A stretch of 64,000 nucleotides of DNA from Minisyncoccota bacterium (GCA_041661305.1 JBAZUR010000001.1:387684-451683); one strand, 5' to 3'. Numbered from the stretch's first letter, positions 37,152 through 47,312 are shown. A program made the numbers and translations. Notes: generated by a model not told the origin, from the letters alone.

Positions 37152-37724
37152 TTACTCACCAAAAAGATTTTGCTCAACCCCCTCACAAATAGAGTGCCCC
37201 AACAACATGTGACATTCTTGTATACGAGGAGTGTCGCTTGAAGGAATTTTTATTATGTAATCACATAATAAATCCATTTTTGAAGGCTTCTCCCCCGTAA
37301 AACCGACTGTTATCATCCCGATATTTTTGGCCTCCTCTAGTGCTAAAATTACATTTTTTGAACCACCAGAAGTTGAGAGTCCAACTAAAACATCCCCTTT
37401 TTTGCCAAGGGCTTTTATTAACCTTGAATAGACAACATCGTAGGAATAGTCGTTAGCAACAGCGGTAAGATAAGAAGTATTAACATGAAGTGCCTCAGAA
37501 GAGAGTGGTTCTCTGTCAAAATAATACCGTCCGGAAAGTTCTGCGGCTAGGTGCTGAGCATCAGCAGCACTTCCTCCGTTACCACACCATAAGGTTTTAT
37601 TACCAGCTTTATAGCTTTCTGTTATAGTTTTGGTTATATCTTCCGCAATACTAATAATCCTAGCATCATCTAATAGTCTCTTCTTTGTATCAATAGATGT
37701 TTGAATTCTGTCTTTGATAAACAT
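37152..37724 (-). CDS. gmhA: D-sedoheptulose-7-phosphate isomerase (SIS domain)
   Basis: TLWCGNGGSAADAQHLAAEL...GLSTSGGSKN. Confidence 0.8.
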   Translation of the reverse strand: MFIKDRIQTSIDTKKRLLDDARIISIAEDITKTITESYKAGNKTLWCGNGGSAADAQHLAAELSGRYYFDREPLSSEALHVNTSYLTAVANDYSYDVVYSRLIKALGKKGDVLVGLSTSGGSKNVILALEEAKNIGMITVGFTGEKPSKMDLLCDYIIKIPSSDTPRIQECHMLLGHSICEGVEQNLFGE

Positions 37725-37826
37725 GTACTTACTATCTCATAAATAACCTATATTTGTAAATTTTAAAACATTTTGATTTCTTGACTAAAAAGTAGCCAGA
37801 CTTTATCATGACCAAGAATAAAATCT

Positions 37827-38699
37827 ATGGAAAAAAATATAAATCTATCCTATCTTGTAGTAACCAGAAATAAGCTTCCATACCTAAAGGTTACTTTAGA
37901 AAAATTAATTTCTCAAAAAAAAGAAGATGAGGACATTTTAGTAGCAGATGGGCAAAGTTCTGATGGTACAAAAGAATATCTTGCTGAACTAAAAAGTCTC
38001 GGGCGTATTGATTTTTATTTATCAGAACCAGACGTAAGTGTCGCTCACGCCATAAACAAGTTAATCCTAATATCAAAGGGTAGTCTTCTTCGGTTCATGG
38101 CAGATGATGATGCGTCACATTATCAATCAATAAACGCCTGTAAAGAGTTTATGATGAAACACCCTGAAATAGATCTAGTAAATACCGAGGGTGGAGTTCT
38201 TGGTTCCAATGGGAAACTTAAAGCTCTTACCTATGTAAATACTTTTAAAGAATACAAAAAAAATCACATACCATTTTCATTCTGTGAACTCGGCATGATC
38301 TTACGTCGCACCTCTATTCCACTAATAGGTCTACGAGACCCCGTATTCAAACGAGCAGATATGGAAATGTCTTTACGGATTACGTCCGGAATGGCAAAAA
38401 TTGCTTGGTATACTGGGTACTCTTACGTAAACATAGTAACCCCACAAAGTGCAAGCAAAACCCTAGCAAAAGAGATGGCGTCTGAAACCGACAGATTAAA
38501 CAAGTTCTATTTGGGAAAAAACCCAGACAATTTCTTTGTAAATAAAATTAAAATCATAAAAAATAAAGTAGGGATGATTTTATTTAAAAAAAATAATAGA
38601 ATGGTAGAGCTTGGTTCAGACTGGTTTTCGTTTCTATCTTCGTCTGAAGAGTGGCTGGAGATAAAGAATAAAGAAATAACACCTGAATTTATTTATTAA
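37827..38699 (+). CDS. Glycosyltransferase family 2-like
   Basis: LSYLVVTRNKLPYL...ILVADGQSSDGTKEYL (GT2 N-terminal pattern). Confidence 0.55.
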   Translation: MEKNINLSYLVVTRNKLPYLKVTLEKLISQKKEDEDILVADGQSSDGTKEYLAELKSLGRIDFYLSEPDVSVAHAINKLILISKGSLLRFMADDDASHYQSINACKEFMMKHPEIDLVNTEGGVLGSNGKLKALTYVNTFKEYKKNHIPFSFCELGMILRRTSIPLIGLRDPVFKRADMEMSLRITSGMAKIAWYTGYSYVNIVTPQSASKTLAKEMASETDRLNKFYLGKNPDNFFVNKIKIIKNKVGMILFKKNNRMVELGSDWFSFLSSSEEWLEIKNKEITPEFIY

Positions 38700-38716
38700 A
38701 ATTAGAAACACTGATT

Positions 38717-39475
38717 ATGTTATACAAAATTATTACACTGGCTAGACACAACACTCTGATCAATAGAGCCTTAAGAAAGCTAAAAAAAATAACTGGAATA
38801 AAACAAACTACTAATGCCGACTTGGTTAGGAAATATGTTAAAGGAAAATCTTTTGCTGACGTTGGCGCACTATGGGGTGTAAATGGATTAAATTCATTCA
38901 TTGCAGAAGAAAGTGGGGCAGGAAAAGTAACGGCCGTTGATATATATCCCGAGAGTCCGAAATTTATAGAAGAGAAAAATAAAAGAAATTCCAACATTGG
39001 ATTCGTTCAAGGAGATATCCATCAGTCTTCAACAACCGATGCAATTGGAGTATGTGATGTTGTGCTATGTTCTGGAGTTCTATATCACACACCAGACCCT
39101 ATTCACCTCCTCACGAGACTTCGTGCTATTTGCGGAGAAACTCTCATCTTAAATACTGCGTCAATTCCAGAAGTTCCGGGAATGAAGAACGTAGCAGTAC
39201 TATATCCATTTTTAGATGAAAACCAGAGAAAAATCTGGAACAGAAAAATGACCAGCCAAATTGGGATAACAACTCCATATGAACCAGAAGAGGGTTATGC
39301 AAACTGGTTCTGGGGAATGACCCCTAGTTCAATAGAATCAATGCTCAAATGTGCTGGATTTGAGGTGATTAAAAAATTTATATCACCCTTCGATTCAATT
39401 TTTGTTTGTAAAACTGCTCCAGTAAAATTATCTGCTTCGTCTGGGGAATGGACTCTTCCAAAATCAAGAGCATAA
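38717..39475 (+). CDS. Class I SAM-dependent methyltransferase
   Basis: FADVGALWGVNG... Rossmann motif I, and the acidic motif-II residue VDIYPE. Confidence 0.65.
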   Translation: MLYKIITLARHNTLINRALRKLKKITGIKQTTNADLVRKYVKGKSFADVGALWGVNGLNSFIAEESGAGKVTAVDIYPESPKFIEEKNKRNSNIGFVQGDIHQSSTTDAIGVCDVVLCSGVLYHTPDPIHLLTRLRAICGETLILNTASIPEVPGMKNVAVLYPFLDENQRKIWNRKMTSQIGITTPYEPEEGYANWFWGMTPSSIESMLKCAGFEVIKKFISPFDSIFVCKTAPVKLSASSGEWTLPKSRA

Positions 39476-39527
39476 CCTGTTTCAATAGAAGGTTTATATT
39501 CTAAAAAACTTGATTTTTCTATGTCTA

Positions 39528-40064
39528 TTACTTCTCGTTATAATAATCCCCGTATTCCACCAAGATAGTACTTTTACCGTCCTCTCTTTCTAGGGCCTTT
39601 TTGTACGCAGGAAAAATATCTTCTGGTTCTTCAAGACGAATTATCTCAACATTTGGACACATCAGACGAAACGCTTCGGTATAATCACCTATGTGCTGAA
39701 ACTGTGGGTGCATAGGGCGGACAGAACCAATGCCGGTACGTATAATAACTTTTGGCTGATAGCCTCCGTTTGACATAATAGACAATTTGTCTAAATGATT
39801 AACCAGCTGGTTTGTTCCTACAAGCAAAAAATTCCACCTTGGGAAAATACTTACTGGGACGTGCCCAGCTAACGCAAGCCCGATAGACATTCCCATCTGC
39901 ATTTCCTCAGCAACTGGAAGTTCTAAAAGTTTTTCTTTTGGAACATTTTTAAGTGTTGTGGTCATTGCAGTTCCTGGACACGCCACTGCCTGCCCAATAA
40001 AAAAAGACCTTTCATCTTGTGCAATCATTTCCATCGCGCGACTAAGTTCTTCAAAATATTTCAT
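39528..40064 (-). CDS. TPP-dependent enzyme beta-like subunit (transketolase pyrimidine-binding domain only; lacks the C-terminal domain)
   Basis: 178 aa. SFFIGQAVACPGT...EEMQMGMSIGLALAG is the Transket_pyr pattern. Confidence 0.6.
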   Translation of the reverse strand: MKYFEELSRAMEMIAQDERSFFIGQAVACPGTAMTTTLKNVPKEKLLELPVAEEMQMGMSIGLALAGHVPVSIFPRWNFLLVGTNQLVNHLDKLSIMSNGGYQPKVIIRTGIGSVRPMHPQFQHIGDYTEAFRLMCPNVEIIRLEEPEDIFPAYKKALEREDGKSTILVEYGDYYNEK

Positions 40065-40067
40065 AAG

Positions 40068-40706
40068 TTAAAATTGAACACGCTCCCCTGCCCCAGCGTG
40101 AGGATATTTAGTTTGGTATTTATAATAAACCACATTAGGATTTTTAGAATCTTCGTATGTAAGTTTATCTTGCTTCCATGTGCTAAGTGTCTCTGTACAC
40201 ACAGATTTTCCATTGTCTTCAATAATAAAACGTATTGGCAAATCATGGTTTGTCGCGTATTTAATGCACTCATGTGCTATGCCTGTCTCTGATGTCATGT
40301 CTCCCATAAAACAATGAACTTTATTTTTTCCTCCACTTCTTTTAATCCCCATTGCAACCCCAACTGCAATAGGAAGAATCCCACCAACGATTGCAGAAGA
40401 AACTATTCTCTGTTCTGGGAAACATAGTGATATTGATCTATTTGCGAGAATTTCTTCGCGAAGCCTATCTTCCGGCACCCCCTTTAAAAGACACTGATAA
40501 TGACTTCGCCAAGAACACATCACCCAATCTTCCTCTTTAACATCACGGAATACTTCTATTATTTCCTTTTCATTTCCATAATAAAGATGTACAGGGGAAG
40601 GAATTTTTGCAGAATTAAATAAATCCGCAATTTCTGTTTCAAAATTAATTAAATCTTCTGGGGTTAATTCTTTCCCTTTCTGAAAAGGTGTCTGGTTTGT
40701 ATCCAT
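40068..40706 (-). CDS. TPP-dependent enzyme alpha-like subunit (E1 alpha / transketolase N-terminal TPP-binding section)
   Basis: HCFMGDMTSETGIAHECIKYATNHDLPIRFIIEDN (GDG-x-N TPP motif). Confidence 0.6.
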   Translation of the reverse strand: MDTNQTPFQKGKELTPEDLINFETEIADLFNSAKIPSPVHLYYGNEKEIIEVFRDVKEEDWVMCSWRSHYQCLLKGVPEDRLREEILANRSISLCFPEQRIVSSAIVGGILPIAVGVAMGIKRSGGKNKVHCFMGDMTSETGIAHECIKYATNHDLPIRFIIEDNGKSVCTETLSTWKQDKLTYEDSKNPNVVYYKYQTKYPHAGAGERVQF

Positions 40707-40770
40707 AATTTACGATTATATCATAACGTATATATTTAAAAACAAATGTTCTTTCTTTGGTATTTAAGCA

Positions 40771-40812
40771 ATAAAAAAAACCGCACATGACGAGATGCAA
40801 CATGTGCGGCTT
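40771..40812 (-). terminator. Strong intrinsic terminator for the radical-SAM gene (ccgcacatg/catgtgcgg stem followed by T8 on the minus strand)
   Basis: Sequence aaaaaaaaccgcacatgacgagatgcaacatgtgcgg is read directly. Confidence 0.75.
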
Positions 40813-40828
40813 AAGTTCCTTCTGAAAA

Positions 40829-42370
40829 CTACCCCCCTGGAGTGAGGTCCCCAAGAATCTTACGCTTCAAGTGAAAACCAAGTAGTCCTTCGATGGTTTT
40901 GCGCTGTTCCAAACCAAACCTTTTTTCCACCAAAGAGAGGAAAGCAGGGTTGGAATGATAGATGTCCCATGCTTCATCGCGGAACCTTAAAACTTCCGCG
41001 GATGTGCAATGTTTTGTGGGCATCGGTTGGCAATGATAAGAAAGGAATCCAAAGCCGGCATAAGAATCCGGCAAAACAATCCCCTTCTTCTTTGCCTCGA
41101 CATAGAGAGAACTCCCCGGCAATGCCATGCACGGATACATATTCGCTTCTTCCGTGTTAAGCTCCATCGCAAGCTCGAGTGTCTCCTGCATCGTTCCGAC
41201 TGAATCTTCCGGCAGGCCAAAGATATAGTTCGCGATAACGTTAATATCATGATCGCGGACCGTCTTCACAACTTCACGGATATTCACATCCTTGAAAGTC
41301 CCTTTCGAAACTTCCTTGCGGACATTTTGGTTCCCCGACTCAACCCCGAGAGCAAGCCAATCAATGCCTGCCCTTTTGAAAAGGTCGAGATACCGCGACT
41401 GGACGCTGTCGACGCGAGCATATGCCCACATGCGAAGTCCCAGCTCTCTTTCAACAACAAAGTTGAGAAGCGGTTCGAAATATTTCCTTTGCAGGAAAAA
41501 CATCTCATCGGAAATCCTAACCGTCCTGACGCCCATCTTGGAAAGCTTTTCGAGCTCGCCTGCGATGAAACCCGGCGACCAAAAACGCATCCCGGGTGAA
41601 TCCGCCGCGGAAATATCGTCGCCGTTATTGTTACGGTTTACGATGTTGATCATGCAGAAATTACAGCGAAACTGACAGCCCAGTGAGGTATAGATAGCGG
41701 CGAACGGACTCCGGTTGTTTTGATTGAAGCCAGCGTGCCAAATGTGCGCACGATACATATCCAACGGCTTTTCACGATAAGGCAGAAGATCCCACGCGTA
41801 GCCTGGCAAGTCTTCGTCCATTCTTTCTTGCGGAACGACCTGTTCGGGTGGATTCAGGATGGAGGCTCCTCCTGTCTTGAATCCAATTCCCCTCACAGTA
41901 AAAAACGATGATTTTTCCAGGTCGGTCCGAAGAAGATTGTGAAGTGCGTAAACGCCTTCGTTCAAGAGAACGATGTCGACACAATCAAGTGCGAGAACTT
42001 CGCGTGGCAAAGCACTGACATGAGACCCAACAAAGCATGTTGGGTATTCCGGGAACTCGTGTTTCAAGGCTTCGCCCAAAAGCTCCGCTCCAGCCATACT
42101 GGCTGTACCAGAGTTGGGATTCTGCCCGTACATCACGAAACAAACCAGACGTGGTTTCATGTCGTCAATGCGTTTAACCGCTTCATCGACAGAGAGGTGC
42201 TCGGCGCCACAATCAAGAATCGCGACACCAAAACCTTTCGCCCGACAACTTTGGGCCAACAAAAGCGCCCAGGTTGGCGGTTCAATTGCTGTGTATTTTT
42301 CACTCAACCCCTGATAAGCCTGAAAGGACGAATCGGGATTAACAAACAAAACGTCTAATTTTTTATCCAC
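40829..42370 (-). CDS. B12-binding (class B) radical SAM enzyme
   Basis: N-terminal B12-binding domain (VLFVNPD..., GFGVAILD). The radical SAM motif is YTSLGCQFRCNFC (CxxxCxxC). Length is 513 aa. Local GC is about 50% versus about 35% in flanking DNA. Confidence 0.8.
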   Translation of the reverse strand: MDKKLDVLFVNPDSSFQAYQGLSEKYTAIEPPTWALLLAQSCRAKGFGVAILDCGAEHLSVDEAVKRIDDMKPRLVCFVMYGQNPNSGTASMAGAELLGEALKHEFPEYPTCFVGSHVSALPREVLALDCVDIVLLNEGVYALHNLLRTDLEKSSFFTVRGIGFKTGGASILNPPEQVVPQERMDEDLPGYAWDLLPYREKPLDMYRAHIWHAGFNQNNRSPFAAIYTSLGCQFRCNFCMINIVNRNNNGDDISAADSPGMRFWSPGFIAGELEKLSKMGVRTVRISDEMFFLQRKYFEPLLNFVVERELGLRMWAYARVDSVQSRYLDLFKRAGIDWLALGVESGNQNVRKEVSKGTFKDVNIREVVKTVRDHDINVIANYIFGLPEDSVGTMQETLELAMELNTEEANMYPCMALPGSSLYVEAKKKGIVLPDSYAGFGFLSYHCQPMPTKHCTSAEVLRFRDEAWDIYHSNPAFLSLVEKRFGLEQRKTIEGLLGFHLKRKILGDLTPGG

Positions 42371-42456
42371 GATACACCTCTCTATAAGTGATTGATTTGA
42401 GTTGGGACTGTCCCATATTTAAGGAACTTTCTCTTTTAATTTTATATCACAAATTA

Positions 42457-42487
42457 CAAAAAAAAGCAATACCTGATTGCTTTTTTA
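42457..42487. terminator. Bidirectional intrinsic terminator (aagcaat/attgctt stem, acctg loop, A8 and T6 flanks) between the radical-SAM gene and the SDR gene
   Basis: Sequence aaaaaaaagcaatacctgattgctttttt is read directly. Confidence 0.7.
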
Positions 42488-42503
42488 TACACGTAAACAA
42501 TAA

Positions 42504-43532
42504 TTATTTAGTGGCGGTTATTTCTTTTGCAACCTCTTTACGCCAATGATTGATGAGGTGTTCCATGCTTTCTTTAAAGGTGTAGTTTGGCTCCCATCCT
42601 GTCACTTCACAAAATTTACTAGTATCAGGTATTTGAAGTGTTACATCTGATGGACGAAGTAGTGCTGGGTCTACCCTAGTTGGAATTGGTTTTTTTGCAA
42701 GAGATATTAGTGTATCTAAAAAATCACGTACGGACATTGTTGTGGTGCCTCCAATGTTGTAAGCCTCCCCTGGTTCACAGTACATAAGCGCGTCCCAATA
42801 TGCCCTCATGGCATCTCTTACGTCAATAATCGTTCTTATTGAATCAAGATTTCCGTGTACCAACTCCTTCTGTAAGCCCATTTCTATTCTAACTACTTGT
42901 CTCGCAAAAGAAGTTGCAAAAAGATCAGTTCTACGAGGGTTCAAATAAGTAAACATCCTCGTCCTTATTATCGGCATTTTATATGACTTAAAATAGCTAT
43001 AACCAAGCATATCTTGTGCCACCTTTGAAACAGCATAAGGGCTCGTTGGGCACATTGGGGTATTTTCGTTTATTGGAACATATTTTGGATCTACAACGCC
43101 ATAAACCTCCGAACTACTACAAAGTTGGATAAGCGGGTTAATTTTTGCCGCGCGAATAGCCTCAAACAGGTTTGCTGTACCCATAATATTATTATTCAAA
43201 ACAGAGAGTGGTGTTTGAAAAGACGCACGCACATTAGCATGGGCTGCCAAATGAAAAATTGCATCTGGTTTGCTTTTTTCTAGTGCCGATAAAACAGAAC
43301 TAAAATCCATAAGATCACATTCATGTAAGGTAACCTTATCTCTAATCTCGTGAAGATTGTCTGTAACCGTAGTGCTGTGCCAGCGACCCATCCCATGAAC
43401 TTCAATTTTAGGATGATTTTTAACTATATATTCGGCCAAATAACTACCCCCTGACCCCGAAATACCCGTAATCAAAACTCTTTTAATTTTTTTTAATCTT
43501 GCCTCAGATTTTTTATTTTTTTGTTGTTTCAT
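42504..43532 (-). CDS. NAD-dependent sugar nucleotide epimerase/dehydratase (extended SDR; Gmd/Rmd-like)
   Basis: VLITGISGSGGSYLAEYI, and 342 aa length. Confidence 0.7.
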   Translation of the reverse strand: MKQQKNKKSEARLKKIKRVLITGISGSGGSYLAEYIVKNHPKIEVHGMGRWHSTTVTDNLHEIRDKVTLHECDLMDFSSVLSALEKSKPDAIFHLAAHANVRASFQTPLSVLNNNIMGTANLFEAIRAAKINPLIQLCSSSEVYGVVDPKYVPINENTPMCPTSPYAVSKVAQDMLGYSYFKSYKMPIIRTRMFTYLNPRRTDLFATSFARQVVRIEMGLQKELVHGNLDSIRTIIDVRDAMRAYWDALMYCEPGEAYNIGGTTTMSVRDFLDTLISLAKKPIPTRVDPALLRPSDVTLQIPDTSKFCEVTGWEPNYTFKESMEHLINHWRKEVAKEITATK

Positions 43533-43725
43533 AATTTTTAATTATTTAATCAAGAGAATAAAATATCATGTAATGTTATGTAAAAAAAATACCTCTGTCA
43601 ATTTTACCGTCAAAAACCTTAAAGTCTTAAATTAAGTTCACGAAAATACTCGCCTTCTCATTAAGTGCCTAATTATGATATTCTATGGAATCTAACACTA
43701 AATAAGTATAAACTACGAAAATAAA

Positions 43726-44913
43726 ATGAAAAAACAGGCAAAAACTAGTAACTGGCCACTAATGTATAACAACATTTCAAAAGACGACGTTAATAAGGTT
43801 ATTTCGTTTCTATCACAAAAAAATATCCCCATCCTAACGCAATCAAAAAAAGTCAGGGAATTTGAAGAAAGTTGGTCAAAATGGCTTGGAGTTAAATATA
43901 GCGTTTTTGTAAACTCTGGAAGTTCAGCTAACCAAATTACAATGCTTGTCTTAAAAGAGCTATACGGAACAGGAGAGATAATTGTACCGCCACTAACGTG
44001 GGTATCTGACATTGCGTCAGTTCTACAAAATGGTTTTACTCCTGTGTTTTGTGATATCAACCTAACGACACTAGCGATAGATATTGAGGAAATAAAGAAA
44101 AAAATAACCCCAAAAACTCGCGCCATCTTTTTAACTCATATTCTTGGGTATAATGGACTTACCCAAGAACTATTAGATTTATGCAAAAAAAAGAAAATAA
44201 TACTAATTGAAGACACCTGTGAATCACACGGGGCAACCTTTAAAAATAAAAAGTGTGGATCCTTTGGTTTAGTATCTAATTTTTCTTTTTACTACGCACA
44301 TCACCTATCTTCAGTTGAAGGTGGTATGGTTTGCACAAATGACGAAAAAATATATCAATACGCAAGGATGTTTAGGTCACATGGAATGGTTCGTGAAAGC
44401 ACAAATGAAAAAATAAAAAAAGATTACGCAAAAAAATACAAAGATTTAAATACAGATTTTATATTCTCATCTCCTGCCTACAATATGAGAAATGGCGAAA
44501 TTAACGCCGTTATGGCGTTAAACCAATTGAAAAGATTGGACAAAAACAACAAAACAAGAAAAGACAACTTAAAAATTTTCCTAAAAAACCTCGACTCCAA
44601 AAAATACTTCACAAACTTTAACCAAACCGGTAATTCTAATTACGCCTTTACCCTACTTTTAAATAATCCTGACTTTAAAAAGAGAGATCTAATAGAAAAA
44701 ACATTAAAAGAAAACGGTGTAGAATTTAGAAGAGGAATGTCTGGCGGTGGAAACCAGCTAATGCAACCTTACTTAAGAAAATTGTTTGGTAATGAATATT
44801 TAAATTACCCAAACACAAACCACGTTCACCATTTTGGGTGGTATATTGGAAACTACCCAGACCTAAATAAAGATCTAATTCCTAAGCTGTGTAAAATGTT
44901 AAACTCTATATGA
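43726..44913 (+). CDS. DegT/DnrJ/EryC1/StrS-family PLP-dependent sugar aminotransferase/3-dehydratase (RfbH/DdhC-like)
   Basis: ...FEESWSKWLGVKYSVFVNSGSSANQITML... is the family pattern, and a PLP Lys region is present. Confidence 0.65.
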   Translation: MKKQAKTSNWPLMYNNISKDDVNKVISFLSQKNIPILTQSKKVREFEESWSKWLGVKYSVFVNSGSSANQITMLVLKELYGTGEIIVPPLTWVSDIASVLQNGFTPVFCDINLTTLAIDIEEIKKKITPKTRAIFLTHILGYNGLTQELLDLCKKKKIILIEDTCESHGATFKNKKCGSFGLVSNFSFYYAHHLSSVEGGMVCTNDEKIYQYARMFRSHGMVRESTNEKIKKDYAKKYKDLNTDFIFSSPAYNMRNGEINAVMALNQLKRLDKNNKTRKDNLKIFLKNLDSKKYFTNFNQTGNSNYAFTLLLNNPDFKKRDLIEKTLKENGVEFRRGMSGGGNQLMQPYLRKLFGNEYLNYPNTNHVHHFGWYIGNYPDLNKDLIPKLCKMLNSI

Positions 44914-45866
44914 TAATAGTAAAATCACCGCTTAGAATATCTTTTTTTGGTGGATCTACAGATTATGAATCTTTTTACAAAGAACATGGTTCTTTTATTA
45001 TCGGCACCACGATTGATAAATATATATGGCTCTCCGCCAGATATAGACCTAAAATTCTACCAAAAGAACACTCGATAGCTTACTCTAAACTTGAGGTGGT
45101 TTCGTCTTTTGAAGAGGTGCAAAATCCCCTTATTAGAGAAGTTCTAAAATACCACGATATACGCAATCATATTGATTTCACCTCCTCGGCAGACGTTCCC
45201 TCTAGGACGGGACTAGGTGGTTCATCCTCTTTTTGTGCTGGGATGATACACCTTATGAAAAATCTAAAGGGGGAGTTTTCAGAAAAAAAAGATATCGCAA
45301 AAACAGCTATTCATATCGAGAGAAACATCTTAAAAGAAAGTGGTGGTATTCAAGATCAAATATGGGCAGCATATGGAGGATTTAACACCATAAAAATAGA
45401 TAGGAACGGGGACTTTGAAGTTACTCCTATTCCTGTTTCAGATAAATTTAAACGAGAACTTGAGGAGTCTATTGTCCTAATTTACACAAACGACCAAAGA
45501 AACCAAAACGAAATAGCTCAGTCTCATGAAAATAAAGACAAAAAAAAGATACTGGACTTATCTCTAAAAGCTTATGATTATTTTATAAAAGAAGACATAA
45601 GGGGTATTGGGGAATTGTTACTAGAGTCGTGGAATGAAAAACGTAAAATATCATCACTTATCTCTACTGAAAAAATAGATAAAATGGCGGAAAAAGTTAT
45701 GAGTATGGGCGCCTACGGAATAAAGCTTCTCGGTAGTGGTGGCTGTGGTTTCCTGATGGTGATATGCAATAGTGATGTTAAAAAGAAAATAGTAGAAGAA
45801 TTTAAAGAAAATATCCTCGAATTTAAATTTGAAGACAAGGGTACTTCGATTGTGTATCCAAACTAA
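44910..45866 (+). CDS. GHMP-family sugar kinase (D-glycero-D-manno-heptose 7-phosphate kinase HddA-like)
   Basis: SPLRISFFGGSTDY...GTGLGGSSSFCAGMI (GHMP motif). Confidence 0.65.
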   Translation: MIIVKSPLRISFFGGSTDYESFYKEHGSFIIGTTIDKYIWLSARYRPKILPKEHSIAYSKLEVVSSFEEVQNPLIREVLKYHDIRNHIDFTSSADVPSRTGLGGSSSFCAGMIHLMKNLKGEFSEKKDIAKTAIHIERNILKESGGIQDQIWAAYGGFNTIKIDRNGDFEVTPIPVSDKFKRELEESIVLIYTNDQRNQNEIAQSHENKDKKKILDLSLKAYDYFIKEDIRGIGELLLESWNEKRKISSLISTEKIDKMAEKVMSMGAYGIKLLGSGGCGFLMVICNSDVKKKIVEEFKENILEFKFEDKGTSIVYPN

Positions 45867-45908
45867 TTTAATTGAAAGGTTTTTGTTTTGAATATATAAT
45901 AAAAAAAT

Positions 45909-46847
45909 ATGAAAAAAATACTTGTAACTGGTGGGGCGGGATATATAGGAGCAGTTTTAGTTCCAGATTTACTTAAGGCTGGACACGAGGTCACCGTAAT
46001 CGATAATTTTCTTTTTAAACAGTCGCCACTTCTTGATGTCTGTAATTACAAAACCTTAAAAATTATCCGAGGAGACGCAAGAAACGAGTCATTGATTAAG
46101 GAGCATATTGCCGACAAGGATTATATAATACCGCTCGCCTGTTTAGTTGGTGCCCCCCTATGCGACCAGGACCCACTAAGCGCTACAAGTATAAACCGCG
46201 ACGCAATTCTAATGCTCCTTAAACTTCGCACCCCAGAACAAAAAATAATTTTCCCGAACACAAATAGTGGTTATGGGCGAATGGAGGAAGGGGTTGCGTA
46301 CTGCGACGAAAACAGTCCACTTGAACCAGTCTCACTTTACGGAAGATTAAAAGTTGAAACAGAAAAGGCCCTTCTTGAAGCGGGCAATGCTATTACATTT
46401 AGACTTGCAACAGTTTGTGGGGTTAGTCCAAGAATGCGCATGGACTTACTTGTAAATGATTTCGTATATCGAGCCATAACAGACCGCGCTGTTGTTTTGT
46501 TTGAGCCACACTTTAAAAGAAACTACATACACGTAAGAGATGTCTCACGTGCCTTCCTCCACGCAATTGAGAACTTTGAGAGCATGAAGAATCAAACATA
46601 TAATGTTGGTCTATCAGATGCGAACCTAAGCAAATCTGAATTGTGTGAAAAAATCAAAGAACAATTACCTAAATTTGTATTTATTGAGTCCCCTATTGGT
46701 GAAGATCCAGACAAAAGAAATTACGTAATTAGTAATGAAAAAATAGAAAAGACTGGATTCATGCCACAAGTATCGATAGAAAATGCTATAACTGAACTAA
46801 TAAAAGGTTACCAAGTGGTTAGAAAAAACCAGTTTTCTAACGTTTAA
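45909..46847 (+). CDS. NAD-dependent epimerase/dehydratase (SDR)
   Basis: ILVTGGAGYIGAVLVPDLL. Confidence 0.75.
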   Translation: MKKILVTGGAGYIGAVLVPDLLKAGHEVTVIDNFLFKQSPLLDVCNYKTLKIIRGDARNESLIKEHIADKDYIIPLACLVGAPLCDQDPLSATSINRDAILMLLKLRTPEQKIIFPNTNSGYGRMEEGVAYCDENSPLEPVSLYGRLKVETEKALLEAGNAITFRLATVCGVSPRMRMDLLVNDFVYRAITDRAVVLFEPHFKRNYIHVRDVSRAFLHAIENFESMKNQTYNVGLSDANLSKSELCEKIKEQLPKFVFIESPIGEDPDKRNYVISNEKIEKTGFMPQVSIENAITELIKGYQVVRKNQFSNV

Positions 46848-46857
46848 AACAATAAAC

Positions 46858-47286
46858 ATGATAATAGGAATAGTATCTGGCTATTTTAACCCATTACACT
46901 ATGGGCATGTTGAATATATAAACGGAGCAAAAAAACACTCAGATAAACTTATTTGTATAATAAACAGCGACAAACAAGTAGCGCTAAAAGGTTCTTTTCC
47001 ATTCATGGACGAAGATCATCGAGCTAAAATAATCAGCAACTTAAAATCTGTTGATGAAATATTCATATCAATAGATAAAGACAAAACACAATGTGAATCA
47101 CTAAAATACCTTAGAAATAAGTATCCAAAAGAAAATTTAATATTTTTCAATAGTGGTGACAGAAAAGAAGGCAACTTAGAAACTAGCGAGGCCACAGTTT
47201 GTAAAAACTTAAATATCAAATTTCAGATTTTAGATTTACCAAAAATATATTCTTCGAGTGATCTTTTAAAAAAAAGTGGCATCTAA
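46858..47286 (+). CDS. HxGH nucleotidyltransferase (cytidylyl/adenylyltransferase, RfaE domain-II-like)
   Basis: GIVSGYFNPLHYGHVEYINGAKK...LICIINSD. Confidence 0.7.
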   Translation: MIIGIVSGYFNPLHYGHVEYINGAKKHSDKLICIINSDKQVALKGSFPFMDEDHRAKIISNLKSVDEIFISIDKDKTQCESLKYLRNKYPKENLIFFNSGDRKEGNLETSEATVCKNLNIKFQILDLPKIYSSSDLLKKSGI

Positions 47287-47312
47287 CCTGGATGCAAAAG
47301 TAGTATTAAAAA

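Noticed and set aside
40969-42358. Eight overlapping 60-140-aa ORFs on both strands
   Set aside because: They are GC-driven spurious ORFs inside the higher-GC radical-SAM gene.
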